The position numbers and the translations under genes are program-made. A DNA stretch of 64,000 bases from a virus (Duplodnaviria > Caudoviricetes): IMG/VR virus record IMGVR_UViG_2630968879_000020, positions 45,521-109,520 of that record. One strand, 5' to 3'. Each line of letters begins with the position of its first letter. The stretch's first letter is position 1. Below are positions 37,737 to 48,252 of this stretch, piece after piece. The notes below the pieces were generated by a model that was not told the origin of the DNA, searched no databases, and worked only from the letters and a program-made list of their open reading frames with translations.

Positions 37737-39746
37737 ATGAGTGGCGGAGATGGAATGGGTCATAACAGCGGAGCACACAATTCGGGTGGCGGTATCAATG
37801 GTGGTCCAACTGGCTTAGGCGGCGATGGTCGAAATAATAGTAATGCTGCTTATTCAGATCATTCGGGATGGAGTTCAGAGAATAACGGATGGAGTAGTGG
37901 TCAATGGGGTGGTAGTTCCGGACCAGATGGCAGCAGAAGCGGCAATAGCGGTGACACCAGTGGATATAGTGGTAGACAAGCGGCCAATTCATCAAGATAC
38001 TCTGTAGCTGATCTCCGATTAGTCAAGCCCGGCTATCCAGCAGCAACTTTTCCCATCGGAGGGACTATAAACGCAACAGTTTGTACCAAAGTGCCTGAGA
38101 ACACTTTTACGAATTGGGGAAGGTATATAGACAATGCTAAACCTATAGCCGCACGCTTAGCAGGTGCAGCAAAGAGGACTCCAATAGGGAGAGTCGCATC
38201 ATTCCTAATGGGTCTGGAAGATGGACGAAAGGAATTTACCGCAAAATTACAGCAGCAAATGCTAGACGACGCTAGAAAAGAAGCCGAAAAGGTTAATGTC
38301 ACTGATGTTTTTCACGTGACCACACTCCCAGTAGCAACAATTCTTGCAGCACCCATTTTGATGGAACGTATTCGTGAACAAGGTAAAGTGCTTGCAGATG
38401 TGGTTAGTCAACCTGTTGTTGATACAAAAAGTAAACAACGCCAAATAGCGATTACAAGGCAACCTACTAATGTTCCTGTAGTCAAAGCTGAAAAAACAAA
38501 TAAACCTAACGTTTATTCTGCTCAGGTTGTTGCTGGGATGAAACCTATACAAATTACTGTTGATAATTCAGCTCGTTCATCCCTAGAACATCAAACTAAA
38601 GTAAATACAACCCCCGAAGTGGAAATATCTTCAACAACAGCAGCGGGTGACACTTATCACGCCATACTCGATTTTGGTAGTGAACATGATGCTATCTATA
38701 TTTCTGTTTCCAAAGTTCCTACAAAAGCAGAAGAGAAAACGCAACTGGAAGAGTCTAAGCAAAGAGAGAAGGAATGGGCAGCAGCTAACCCTCTATTGGC
38801 CGCAGAATTAGAACTTTGTGAAGCTGATAAAGAATTACGTGATGCAGAAGCTACTGTTCTTGAAGCTGGTAAGACTCTAGATACTAAAAGGAATGAACCG
38901 CTAGGATTAACACTGGCAAACCCCGAAAAATATCCTATCACGCAAAAATGGGATGAGTGTATTGAGTTTCCGGTTTATGCACCGTATGCCAAGGTTTATT
39001 TTAATTTTTATGCAGTTGTTAATTCTCGAGAAAACCTGAAATTATTGCTGGAGAAGGGAGCTGAATCACTTTACCCAGAAGAAGTTAGTTGGAAAGATGT
39101 GTTTGAAAAATATGCTGCACCAGGGCAACTCCTTGAAGAGATTAGTCGAGGTGACACTGAAGATGTATTAGAAACAGGCGGCATATATACAGAAATGGCA
39201 ATAGAGGAACTTAATTTTGCCAGAAAAAAATTATTGGAACAAAAGCGCTTAATTGCTGAATCAGAGCATGCCCTCACAGTAGCTCAAGAAAATCGGGAAA
39301 AAGCAAAGAATAAGAAAAAAGAAAAAGAAGAAAAGGCTAAGAAAGAGAATAAACGTAAGCAACCCGGTATAGCAACAGGAGATGGGACAGATGTTGGTGA
39401 GAAATGGCTGGAAGGTGTATCTAAAGAATTAGGATCCCCGATTCCCAAAGAAGTAGCAAATAAATTAAGAGGGAAAAAATTCAGTTCATTTGATGAATTT
39501 AGGGAAGCTATATGGACCGAAATAGGAAAAATTCCTAAATTAATGAGCCAAATAAAATCAAAAAACAATAAAAAGGTTGTTTCAAATGGTAGATCACCAT
39601 TTGCCCGTAAAAATGATCAGGTTGGTGGAAGAAAAAGACTTGAATTGCACCATGTTAAAGAAATTCAACATGGCGGTGAAGTCTATAATGTTGACAACCT
39701 ACGAGTGGTCACCCCGAAAAACCACATTAAAATTCATTCAAAATAA
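37737..39746 (+). CDS. Colicin/S-pyocin-type HNH DNase bacteriocin
   Basis: MSGGDG..GHNSGAH N-terminus, TolB-box-like DHSGWSSENN, C-terminal ELHHVK..YNVDNL..PKNHIKIH. Confidence 0.92.
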   Translation: MSGGDGMGHNSGAHNSGGGINGGPTGLGGDGRNNSNAAYSDHSGWSSENNGWSSGQWGGSSGPDGSRSGNSGDTSGYSGRQAANSSRYSVADLRLVKPGYPAATFPIGGTINATVCTKVPENTFTNWGRYIDNAKPIAARLAGAAKRTPIGRVASFLMGLEDGRKEFTAKLQQQMLDDARKEAEKVNVTDVFHVTTLPVATILAAPILMERIREQGKVLADVVSQPVVDTKSKQRQIAITRQPTNVPVVKAEKTNKPNVYSAQVVAGMKPIQITVDNSARSSLEHQTKVNTTPEVEISSTTAAGDTYHAILDFGSEHDAIYISVSKVPTKAEEKTQLEESKQREKEWAAANPLLAAELELCEADKELRDAEATVLEAGKTLDTKRNEPLGLTLANPEKYPITQKWDECIEFPVYAPYAKVYFNFYAVVNSRENLKLLLEKGAESLYPEEVSWKDVFEKYAAPGQLLEEISRGDTEDVLETGGIYTEMAIEELNFARKKLLEQKRLIAESEHALTVAQENREKAKNKKKEKEEKAKKENKRKQPGIATGDGTDVGEKWLEGVSKELGSPIPKEVANKLRGKKFSSFDEFREAIWTEIGKIPKLMSQIKSKNNKKVVSNGRSPFARKNDQVGGRKRLELHHVKEIQHGGEVYNVDNLRVVTPKNHIKIHSK

Positions 39747-39760
39747 ACAGAGATTCATTT

Positions 39761-40012
39761 ATGAGTAAGAATAAACTTGAAGATTATACTGAAGCTGAAT
39801 TTTTAGCCTTCGTGACAAAAATTTGTAACGCAGATTACGATACGGAACAACAAGAAGATTATGATGTCTCCGAGTTCGAACGCCTAACTCAGCACCCAGC
39901 AGGAAGTGATTTAATTTACTATCCAGAGGATTGTGATGATGACTCTCCAGCAGGAATTGTAGCTCGCGTTAAAAAATGGCGTATAGAGAACCAGTTACCA
40001 TTATTCAAGTAG
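39761..40012 (+). CDS. Colicin DNase immunity protein (Im7/Im9 family)
   Basis: DYTEAEF..HPAGSDLIYYP..DDSPAGIV..WR. Confidence 0.93.
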   Translation: MSKNKLEDYTEAEFLAFVTKICNADYDTEQQEDYDVSEFERLTQHPAGSDLIYYPEDCDDDSPAGIVARVKKWRIENQLPLFK

Positions 40013-40076
40013 TAAAATCCTATGTACAGCCCTCTACACGGGGGGCTGATATGCTCATTATCGAAGCTGATCCCAA

Positions 40077-40363
40077 TCAAAGATCTCCTATCCTATATGT
40101 ATATTCTGCTCTTTCACTGTCATATATATCTATACAAGTAATATACTCCCCTACTTTAATTATCTTTCTGAAAAGATTTACAGTAGTAGTTGTTTCTTTT
40201 TCACCAGTCCCCCAGTACAGAAGCCCCTCTTTCTCTTTATATGTTATGCAGAGAGGATACTTACCACCATTATCGATGGCGTAGCCAAAAATTTCCATTT
40301 CACGTACAGAATTGTCTGCATTTAAGAACACATCAAAAACTAGTGTGTCTTTCGTCTCAACTG
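40077..40363 (-). pseudogene. Unknown gene truncated at its 5' end by IS1
   Basis: The apparent ATG (40373) lies inside the IS1 terminal repeat. Confidence 0.55.
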
Positions 40364-40390
40364 GGTCACGCATTCAATCCGTTGATTACC

Positions 40391-40756
40391 TTAAATATAG
40401 TATTCTCTTTCAATAAAAGTCCCGATGACTTTGTCATGCATCTCCGGGGATTTTGAGTAACCGAGTGTTTTACGGTTCAAACGTTTAATTCTGTTACGAA
40501 GTGTGAGATTTTCACGTTCGATACGTTGCGTGAAACTTTCCCCGACGAGGTGTTTATTTTTAGGCAACATATTGTAAGCCTTAAATTTATCTGTACACCA
40601 AAAAGCAACATTGAATCGTGATAATTTTTTCAGCCGTTTTTTAAGCGTTTTCTTGTTCCACCTTTCAAATGTGTGAGCAATAATACGCTTTAACCGAGGC
40701 TCCCAAGCGTACCATAGCCAGCGTTGGCATTTTTTATTCCCGACAAACGACCACAT
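40391..40756 (-). CDS. insB: IS1 transposase InsB part
   Basis: DEMWSFVG, WCTD, TQRIERENLTLR. Confidence 0.9.
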   Translation of the reverse strand: MWSFVGNKKCQRWLWYAWEPRLKRIIAHTFERWNKKTLKKRLKKLSRFNVAFWCTDKFKAYNMLPKNKHLVGESFTQRIERENLTLRNRIKRLNRKTLGYSKSPEMHDKVIGTFIEREYYI

Positions 40757-40809
40757 CTCGTCAACTTCACCGATGAGCTGAACGTTGACATTATCCAGCG
40801 GAAGTGTTG

Positions 40810-41085
40810 TTACGCATCGCGGTTTGAGTTTTTTAAAACACGGACAACGGCATTAATACTGATATGCAATGCTCGGGCAGTATCACGGATCCCCGAGTTG
40901 TTCATAGCAAGGTCAACGACTTGTTCTTTTATACCCGCTTGGCACGCTCGATAAGCGTACTCAAGTTGAAAGGTTCGTTTGCAGGATAAACAACGATAGC
41001 GTTGGTGGCCAGCATCGCCTTTACCGTGTTTTTTGACGAATTCTGTTTGTTGACAAAATCGACATTTTACTTCAACTGTTGCCAT
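40810..41085 (-). CDS. insA: IS1 InsA
   Basis: CRFC..QRYRCLSC Zn finger; GIRDTARAL HTH. Confidence 0.9.
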   Translation of the reverse strand: MATVEVKCRFCQQTEFVKKHGKGDAGHQRYRCLSCKRTFQLEYAYRACQAGIKEQVVDLAMNNSGIRDTARALHISINAVVRVLKNSNRDA

Positions 41086-41144
41086 TTAACCTCTCCGAAA
41101 AAATGGCGATTATACACAACCATCAACAGATTGAATACGTGACC

Positions 41145-41244
41145 GACAAAATGGCTTCACCGTCAGGGTTTCAGCTATAAGAAGCCGAAGGGAACGCCGC
41201 ATAAATTTGATGTCGATAAACAGCAACAATTTATTGAAGCCTAA
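41145..41244 (+). pseudogene. IS630-family transposase fragment
   Basis: KWLHRQGFSYKKPKGTPHKFDVDKQQQF. Confidence 0.7.
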
Positions 41245-41339
41245 CAACAGACCTTGTTTAGTATCTTGTATTAGGCGACCGCTCAGGCGGTCGTCCATCT
41301 GATAAATAGGGTTTATCGCTCAATTGCAGAGGATCAAAC

Positions 41340-42139
<800 letters not shown>

Positions 42140-42301
42140 GGTAAAACCCTCCTTCATTGTACATATTTAAATAGTACATTATGTTTTAAAATAGCACAAT
42201 TTGTACGCCATGAAAACATACAGGTAATGTGCTTAAATTTGCAATTGATTCAACTGGGGAAATATTCCTCTTCTATGTTAGTTTTCATTAAAACCATTCT
42301 C

Positions 42302-42334
42302 TGTGACTCCAGACTAATTACGTCTGGAGTCACA
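42302..42334. other. Candidate lox/att-like recombination site (13-7-13)
   Basis: TGTGACTCCAGAC-TAATTAC-GTCTGGAGTCACA, perfect arms, just upstream of a tyrosine recombinase. Confidence 0.55.
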
Positions 42335-42422
42335 ATATTTAATCGACTATATTTAAATCAAAATAAAAAGCACAATAAGATTGTTTATAACAATAAATTA
42401 TTTATAAAAATAAGGCATATAA

Positions 42423-43532
42423 ATGAACAAGTATGGTAATAACGATTCATATCGCATAAATGAGTATGTAGGTATAAATACTATAAATTATTTATATATG
42501 ATAGGTAATTACTCACTTATTGAATTGGAAGAAAAATTACAAAATGAATATAGAGTGAGAGATTTAATTAGTATGTGGGTAAAGGTTTCCTTACTTATTA
42601 CTAGGCGCAGGCCAGAGATTGCTATTTCATCATTACTGGCTCACCTCTTACCTATTATTGGTGATCTAGATATAAGAAAATGTACAAAAATTCAATTGAA
42701 TCGAGTATTTAATTACTTACTCTCCGATAATAAAGTTAACGAAGCTAAACGAGTCTTTGCTCTTACAAAACAGTTCCTTTCATGGTGTGAACATCAAGGG
42801 TACATAGAGTTAAATCCATTAGCCTCAATGACACGTAAAGATGTTGGCGGAAAGACTCCTGAACCACGTAGCCGCTCGTTATCAGATGCCGAAATATGGT
42901 GTTTTTGGCATGGATTAGACATGTGGGATTTCAGCGATCAAATTAGATGGGGACTGCGTTTTTGTTTGCTAAGTGCCAGACGACCGGATGAAGTTTTCAG
43001 AGCAAAAAAAAGTGAGTTTAATCTTGAATCTAGCATATGGAGACAGGGCAACCGTAACAAATCACGCCGCAATCACTCATTACCTATTAGTGAAATGATG
43101 GGAACTTGCTTAGAAAATCTCTTTAAAGCCTCTCCTAACAGTGAGTGGCTTTGCCCATCACCTAAATATCCGAGCGAACTCATATCGAAAGGTGCACCAG
43201 CGCAATGTATACGTCGCATGGTTCGTGACCATCTTCACTTTGGGTTGGAAGAGTTTACCCCTCGAGACTTGCGCAGAACAGCCAGAACCAAGCTGGCAGC
43301 ATTAGGGATTCAAAATGATGTATCACGTAAAATAATGAACCATGCTCTTGAAGGAATAGACAGAGTGTATGATAGGCATGATTACTTTGGACAGATGCGG
43401 GATGCGCTTGATTTGTTTTCAAACGAAGTTAAAAGGATTGTAGAAGCAGATTCTTACCGAAATTTAAACCATGATTTTGAAGTAGGCAGCCTATCATTAC
43501 CGCCTACTTCAAAAATCTATTGTGAAGATTAG
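42423..43532 (+). CDS. Tyrosine recombinase/integrase (true start may be downstream)
   Basis: ARRPDE, NKS, PRDLRRT, MNH, VYD catalytic motifs. Confidence 0.9.
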   Translation: MNKYGNNDSYRINEYVGINTINYLYMIGNYSLIELEEKLQNEYRVRDLISMWVKVSLLITRRRPEIAISSLLAHLLPIIGDLDIRKCTKIQLNRVFNYLLSDNKVNEAKRVFALTKQFLSWCEHQGYIELNPLASMTRKDVGGKTPEPRSRSLSDAEIWCFWHGLDMWDFSDQIRWGLRFCLLSARRPDEVFRAKKSEFNLESSIWRQGNRNKSRRNHSLPISEMMGTCLENLFKASPNSEWLCPSPKYPSELISKGAPAQCIRRMVRDHLHFGLEEFTPRDLRRTARTKLAALGIQNDVSRKIMNHALEGIDRVYDRHDYFGQMRDALDLFSNEVKRIVEADSYRNLNHDFEVGSLSLPPTSKIYCED

Positions 43533-43912
43533 TTACTTGTTGCTTTGCTGATAAATTCATCAGCAATCATTGCGGCCTTTGTAACATCACCAATATCGGC
43601 GCCTTTAAAGTTACGATACGCTTCTAATACTTTCACTTCATCCTTAGAGAGGGTACGGGCATTCTTTTCATACATTGCAAAGATTTCAGGGTAACGGGTC
43701 TTCATAACAATTCTGAACAAGACCCCCTCATCAATTCCTAAAACCTTAGCAAAAATATGTATTTTTTCAACTGGAAACAACATCTTGCCACTTTTTAGCA
43801 TAGAAATATTATTGTGAGCTGAATACCCTACCTCTTCTGCAATCTTAGCCTGCGACTTCCCACTAGCCAGAATTGCAGCAGCTAAAAAGTCGCCGATAAC
43901 ATTTTTACTCAT
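43529..43912 (-). CDS. XRE-HTH repressor
   Basis: SQAKIAEEVGY..NISMLKSG; divergent from the early operon. Confidence 0.8.
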   Translation of the reverse strand: MSKNVIGDFLAAAILASGKSQAKIAEEVGYSAHNNISMLKSGKMLFPVEKIHIFAKVLGIDEGVLFRIVMKTRYPEIFAMYEKNARTLSKDEVKVLEAYRNFKGADIGDVTKAAMIADEFISKATSN

Positions 43913-43981
43913 TTCTTGTGCCTTATTTAATGTGAGTTTTGTAATTTAAAGGTTTTAACAATATACACGCTAAAGACAATA

Positions 43982-44155
43982 TAAGTAAATACCTATCTAT
44001 TAACAGCCATTAACTATGACATATAAACCCAATCAACCTCATGTATTTCATGCCCAATTTAAAAATGAGAATAAAAACAATTGCCTTTATTGAGCTCTAA
44101 TTTATATAATCTAACCTCCAATAAAGAATTATCAATATAAGTACTTAGTTACATA
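43982..44155. promoter_or_regulatory. Two 18-bp palindromic operators in the divergent repressor/early promoter region
   Basis: TAAGTA-AATACC-TATCTA (43982) and TAAGTA-CTTAGT-TACATA (44138). Confidence 0.65.
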
Positions 44156-44174
44156 CAAAAGAGGCGTTAATTAC

Positions 44175-44387
44175 ATGGCAGCGATAACAGGATTGCTTGA
44201 AAAAATGGAGTCAGGCAAATACGTTCTTTTGACTGAAAATGAAATGGCTGAAATCATGGGCGAAGCCTCTAACAATCTTTTGCAAATTTATACGTCTAAT
44301 GACCTAATTATTCATCACATTACAGTCAATGGTGAGTTTTATATGTTGGCAGATACAGGGGCTTCACGAGTTTTAACTCAACGTTAG
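44175..44387 (+). CDS. Hypothetical protein
   Basis: 70 aa, RBS GAGG, followed by a terminator. Confidence 0.65.
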   Translation: MAAITGLLEKMESGKYVLLTENEMAEIMGEASNNLLQIYTSNDLIIHHITVNGEFYMLADTGASRVLTQR

Positions 44388-44409
44388 AAAATCCACATAC
44401 CTTTCAAAT

Positions 44410-44446
44410 AAAAAGCGTATAGATTGACTGCCTATACGCTTTTTTT
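44410..44446 (+). terminator. Rho-independent terminator
   Basis: AAAAAGCGTATAG ... CTATACGCTTTTTTT. Confidence 0.75.
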
Positions 44447-44493
44447 ATTATTTCTGCACTGAAAAACACGTAACACCATGAAAAGGAAAAAAA

Positions 44494-46620
44494 ATGACAA
44501 CAAATAAGAGAATAAGACATGAAGTCCTAATTTTTCGTGAATCGCTTCAAACAGTCGTTAGCCTTTTAGCAGCAAAGAAAATCAAAGTAGTAGATTTTGG
44601 CTCACAAGCGTATTGCGCATATAACAAAAAGACCGGCGAACTTGAATACATCAATATCCCGTCAATTCCAGACACAGCCTCTGATACATTGCTTAATGTC
44701 ATACGTGGGTTTATAGACCATGAAGTTGCACACGTCTTGTTTACTGACCAGAAAATTTCAGCCTTTTTTTCAGATAAAAAGGCGCACTATGTTTGGAACG
44801 TCATCGAAGACACATACATTGAGCGGAAAATGTCCTCAATGTTTCAGGGAAGTCGTCAAAATTTACTTAAGACGCAGAAACATATAATTGAAAATTATTT
44901 TTTCCCTAAAATAGATGGTTACATTCATAGTTACTCAGAAAATACTCGCACTCTGTTTCTGGAAGTATTTTTGATGCCAATTTCACGAGCACTCTGCGGC
45001 CATACACCATTTATGGACTTTATGGAGCCATATTGGGATATGTTTGAAAGTGAGCTAGCCGTGCTTGATTCAATCAATTATAAAATCCGCATAAACCGTA
45101 TCACTAAATCAGAGGGTTCGGCTAAGTTAGCTGCCGATTTGTTACGCGCATTCCGCCTTGATGAAGAAAAGATAGAAAAAGAAAAATGTGAAAAACCGTC
45201 TAAAACCGAAAAAGGAACAACGCCAAGTAAAGAACTAGAATCAACTGAAAGGGTGAAAGACGAAAAAAGCACCAAAAAAGAACCCGATTTTCCCGACAAA
45301 AAAGACACGTATTCAGATACTGATAAAAAATCAGAAAATAATGAAATACCAAAAAACGATGATAAAACCAAAGAATCGAAGAGTGATCATAATAATGAGC
45401 TAAGGAAGCCAGAACTAGAGGGAAGTGGTGAATCTGAGTCCAAAAAACTTGATCGGGAGTCAATTGGTAATTCAGGTTTAGGCGATGACTCTGATAAATC
45501 AGATAGTGATTTAGGTTCAATCAGTTCAGAGGAATCGGAGAAATTGACGGCAGAAGATATAGCCGAATTAGAATCAGATGATGCCCCGAAGTCTACAAGC
45601 GTAGAAGATGCAGCCAACGAAATGATCTCTGATGAGATTAAATCCGTCCATTCAGATGCTTATTTGCCGTTCACCCGCGTTAATGATTTCATGGGATTGT
45701 TGGAGAATGCATCAGAGTTTATCAGGAATGGAACAAAGCGTGTTGGTGGAGCTGTTTGGGCTGATAGTTCACATAGTTATTATGAAGTTAACGAAAAATT
45801 GGGACTGAGTAGTTTCAAAAAATTTATTGGGCCACAGCTCACTAACAAATCGCAAACCCTATCGAAAGATTTAGAACGAGCAATTGCCAGCAAAAACCGA
45901 GTACAAAAGGTCAATGGATTACGTAAAGGCAAAATTAACTCGTCAAGTTTATGGAAGATTGCGCTGCCTACTATCAATGATGACAGAGTATTTTCTAAAA
46001 AATACGACCATAAAGCAGTTAACGCAGCCGTTCAGCTTGTTATTGATCTATCCGGTTCTATGGGCGGAAAACGCATTATGCTCGCAACTGCTGCTGCCTA
46101 CGCTTTATCTGATGCCTTAGATAAAATTAAAGTACCAAACATAATCACTGGCTTTACAACTGTTGGTTTAATGCGTGGCAGTGATATCAGTTGCAACCGT
46201 TATGAGCCTTTGTTTCTACCAATGCTAAAAAACTGGAACGAAAAAGTTAATTCCAGTACCGCAATGGCTAGATTAGGAGCATGTATTAATCACATTCCGT
46301 TATGTAATAATGTGGACGGGGAAAGCATTCTTGCCCTGTCGCGCCACCATGCAGGTAGAACTGAGGATAAGCAAATTATGCTTGTCCTTTCTGATGGCGC
46401 TCCTTGTGCTAAAGGTCATGGTTTTAGCAAGCATTTAGTTGAATCTGCTGATTATTTGATAAATAAGGCCAAAATTGATTTGCTGGCTGTTGGTATACAG
46501 ACAAGTGATCCAGCAAGATTTTACAAGCACCATACTAAGGTTAATTCAGTGGATGATTTGCCGAAAACAGTGATTACAGCAATCCGCAACGCGCTACTAG
46601 GGAATGTTATAGCCCTTTAA
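44494..46620 (+). CDS. cobT: CobT-like protein: HExxH domain, acidic linker, vWA
   Basis: DHEVAHV..NVIED; MIDAS DLSGSM; LSDGAP. Confidence 0.85.
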   Translation: MTTNKRIRHEVLIFRESLQTVVSLLAAKKIKVVDFGSQAYCAYNKKTGELEYINIPSIPDTASDTLLNVIRGFIDHEVAHVLFTDQKISAFFSDKKAHYVWNVIEDTYIERKMSSMFQGSRQNLLKTQKHIIENYFFPKIDGYIHSYSENTRTLFLEVFLMPISRALCGHTPFMDFMEPYWDMFESELAVLDSINYKIRINRITKSEGSAKLAADLLRAFRLDEEKIEKEKCEKPSKTEKGTTPSKELESTERVKDEKSTKKEPDFPDKKDTYSDTDKKSENNEIPKNDDKTKESKSDHNNELRKPELEGSGESESKKLDRESIGNSGLGDDSDKSDSDLGSISSEESEKLTAEDIAELESDDAPKSTSVEDAANEMISDEIKSVHSDAYLPFTRVNDFMGLLENASEFIRNGTKRVGGAVWADSSHSYYEVNEKLGLSSFKKFIGPQLTNKSQTLSKDLERAIASKNRVQKVNGLRKGKINSSSLWKIALPTINDDRVFSKKYDHKAVNAAVQLVIDLSGSMGGKRIMLATAAAYALSDALDKIKVPNIITGFTTVGLMRGSDISCNRYEPLFLPMLKNWNEKVNSSTAMARLGACINHIPLCNNVDGESILALSRHHAGRTEDKQIMLVLSDGAPCAKGHGFSKHLVESADYLINKAKIDLLAVGIQTSDPARFYKHHTKVNSVDDLPKTVITAIRNALLGNVIAL

Positions 46621-46780
46621 ATACGTAAAAAATTAATACTGTGCTCCCATAATATATTTATAGGTTTTCTATAAAATTCACATAAATTAGCAGGTATTAA
46701 CTTACTTACATAATATTTTTATGTAAGATATAACTATAAGTTAAAACGATAACAGCAATGCAGATTAAGGTTACAAGAAA

Positions 46781-48067
46781 ATGTCAAAAGAAGCTGACGA
46801 AAAGAAGATTGCAGCTATTCACTGCGCACTTTGCGGGAAACCAGATGTAATGATGAAGCGGCACTTCATTCCTAAAGATGGTGAGTATCTGTGCTCTAAG
46901 CATCCGACCTATGAGGACAATACACCTATGAGTCCAGACGATGCCTTAGCAGAATACAAGCGTCTCTATCCTAACATGCAGACGATCTCACCTAGCGCAT
47001 TGGACGCATGGCGTAAAAAGCAGGAGAAAAAGCTATCAGAAGAAAGCACAAAGGTAACAATGTCCACTACAGCGGATATCTCTGACACAAAAACAACCAC
47101 AATTCACGGTCATGTTGGTATGACAGAATACCGTACTGAACGAGTAGCAGTAAATGAAGTGCTTGGGCTTCCAACTGGACACCTGTGCAATGCACTAGGC
47201 AAGCCAATTGTTACTGAGGTTTTTATTAATCGACCATTCCCAGAATTTGTGCCGGAAGTAAAAGAATCATACGTATTCAATGATATTGAATTAATTAAAG
47301 ATACATTGATGATGTTTACTACCGGAATGCCGGGTTATCTGTGGGGACACTCAGGGACTGGCAAATCGTCCTTGCCAACGCAAATGGCTGCTCGTTTAGG
47401 TCGGCCACTGATCCGCTCCCAGCACACGGCATCCACAGAAGAATCACACATTACAGGACAGATACTTGCCAAAGATGGTCGTACTTATTTTGAACCGGGA
47501 CTTCTGACCTTAGCAATGAAGCATGGCTTTATCTATCTGGCCGACGAATACGATTTTGCTTATCCGCAAATTCTCTCTTTGTATCAGCCGGTACTGGAGG
47601 GAGAACCTTTGATCCTGAAAGAAGCAACACCGGAATGGCGAAAGACGACTCGCCATAAACATTTTGCCTTTGTTGCCACCGGAAACACAAACGGCTCTGG
47701 TGATGAAACTGGACTTTATCAGGGTACAAACCAGCAAAACGCAGCTAACTACTCACGTTTTGCGCTGGTATCAAAAGTGGAATACATGCCGGAAGCACAA
47801 GAAACCGCAATTCTAGTTTCACATGGTATACCTGAACAAATGGCTAAGAATCTGGTCAAGTTTGCTAAACGCTGCCGTGATGCATATGAAGCTCACGAAG
47901 TCTCCCAACCAATTGGCCCTCGTGAATTGCTGAATGCAGGCATTGTCGGTGTAATGCGTAACGACCCCGTACTCGGATTACAAAAATCCTATATCAACAA
48001 ATTGCCTTCTGCCTCTGCTGTAGCAACTGGCGAGTTTGCGCAACGGATATTTGGTAAGGCCGCGTGA
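46781..48067 (+). CDS. cobS: CobS/MoxR-like AAA+ ATPase
   Basis: GHSGTGKS, LADEYD, ATGNTNG; N-terminal CxxC. Confidence 0.88.
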   Translation: MSKEADEKKIAAIHCALCGKPDVMMKRHFIPKDGEYLCSKHPTYEDNTPMSPDDALAEYKRLYPNMQTISPSALDAWRKKQEKKLSEESTKVTMSTTADISDTKTTTIHGHVGMTEYRTERVAVNEVLGLPTGHLCNALGKPIVTEVFINRPFPEFVPEVKESYVFNDIELIKDTLMMFTTGMPGYLWGHSGTGKSSLPTQMAARLGRPLIRSQHTASTEESHITGQILAKDGRTYFEPGLLTLAMKHGFIYLADEYDFAYPQILSLYQPVLEGEPLILKEATPEWRKTTRHKHFAFVATGNTNGSGDETGLYQGTNQQNAANYSRFALVSKVEYMPEAQETAILVSHGIPEQMAKNLVKFAKRCRDAYEAHEVSQPIGPRELLNAGIVGVMRNDPVLGLQKSYINKLPSASAVATGEFAQRIFGKAA

Positions 48068-48252
48068 TAGGTTGTTTTGGCTCTATCACTACAGCCTCAG
48101 AAAAGTCGTCGCTTTGTTGTGCTTGTACACATAAAGAGACGTGCCATACAGAGGCGCAGAAACGAATGATCTCTATCTTTGGCAAATTTGAAGGCTTCCC
48201 TATGGACGCAGGGAAGAAAAAAGGTAAAAAGAATGCAGGCTCTCCTTGCTAG
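48064..48252 (+). CDS. Small Cys-rich protein
   Basis: GCFG..CCAC..TC; overlaps the cobS stop and the dnaE start. Confidence 0.55.
   Translation: MIGCFGSITTASEKSSLCCACTHKETCHTEAQKRMISIFGKFEGFPMDAGKKKGKKNAGSPC

Larger units (their letters stand above)
40364..41144 (-). mobile_element. IS1-family insertion sequence
   Basis: IRs GGTCACGCATTCAATCCGTTGA / TCAACAGATTGAATACGTGACC; A6C frameshift motif; no target duplication. Confidence 0.9.

Noticed and set aside
44494-48067. Cobalamin biosynthesis cluster
   Set aside because: No cobN or other cob genes in the window; phage replication context
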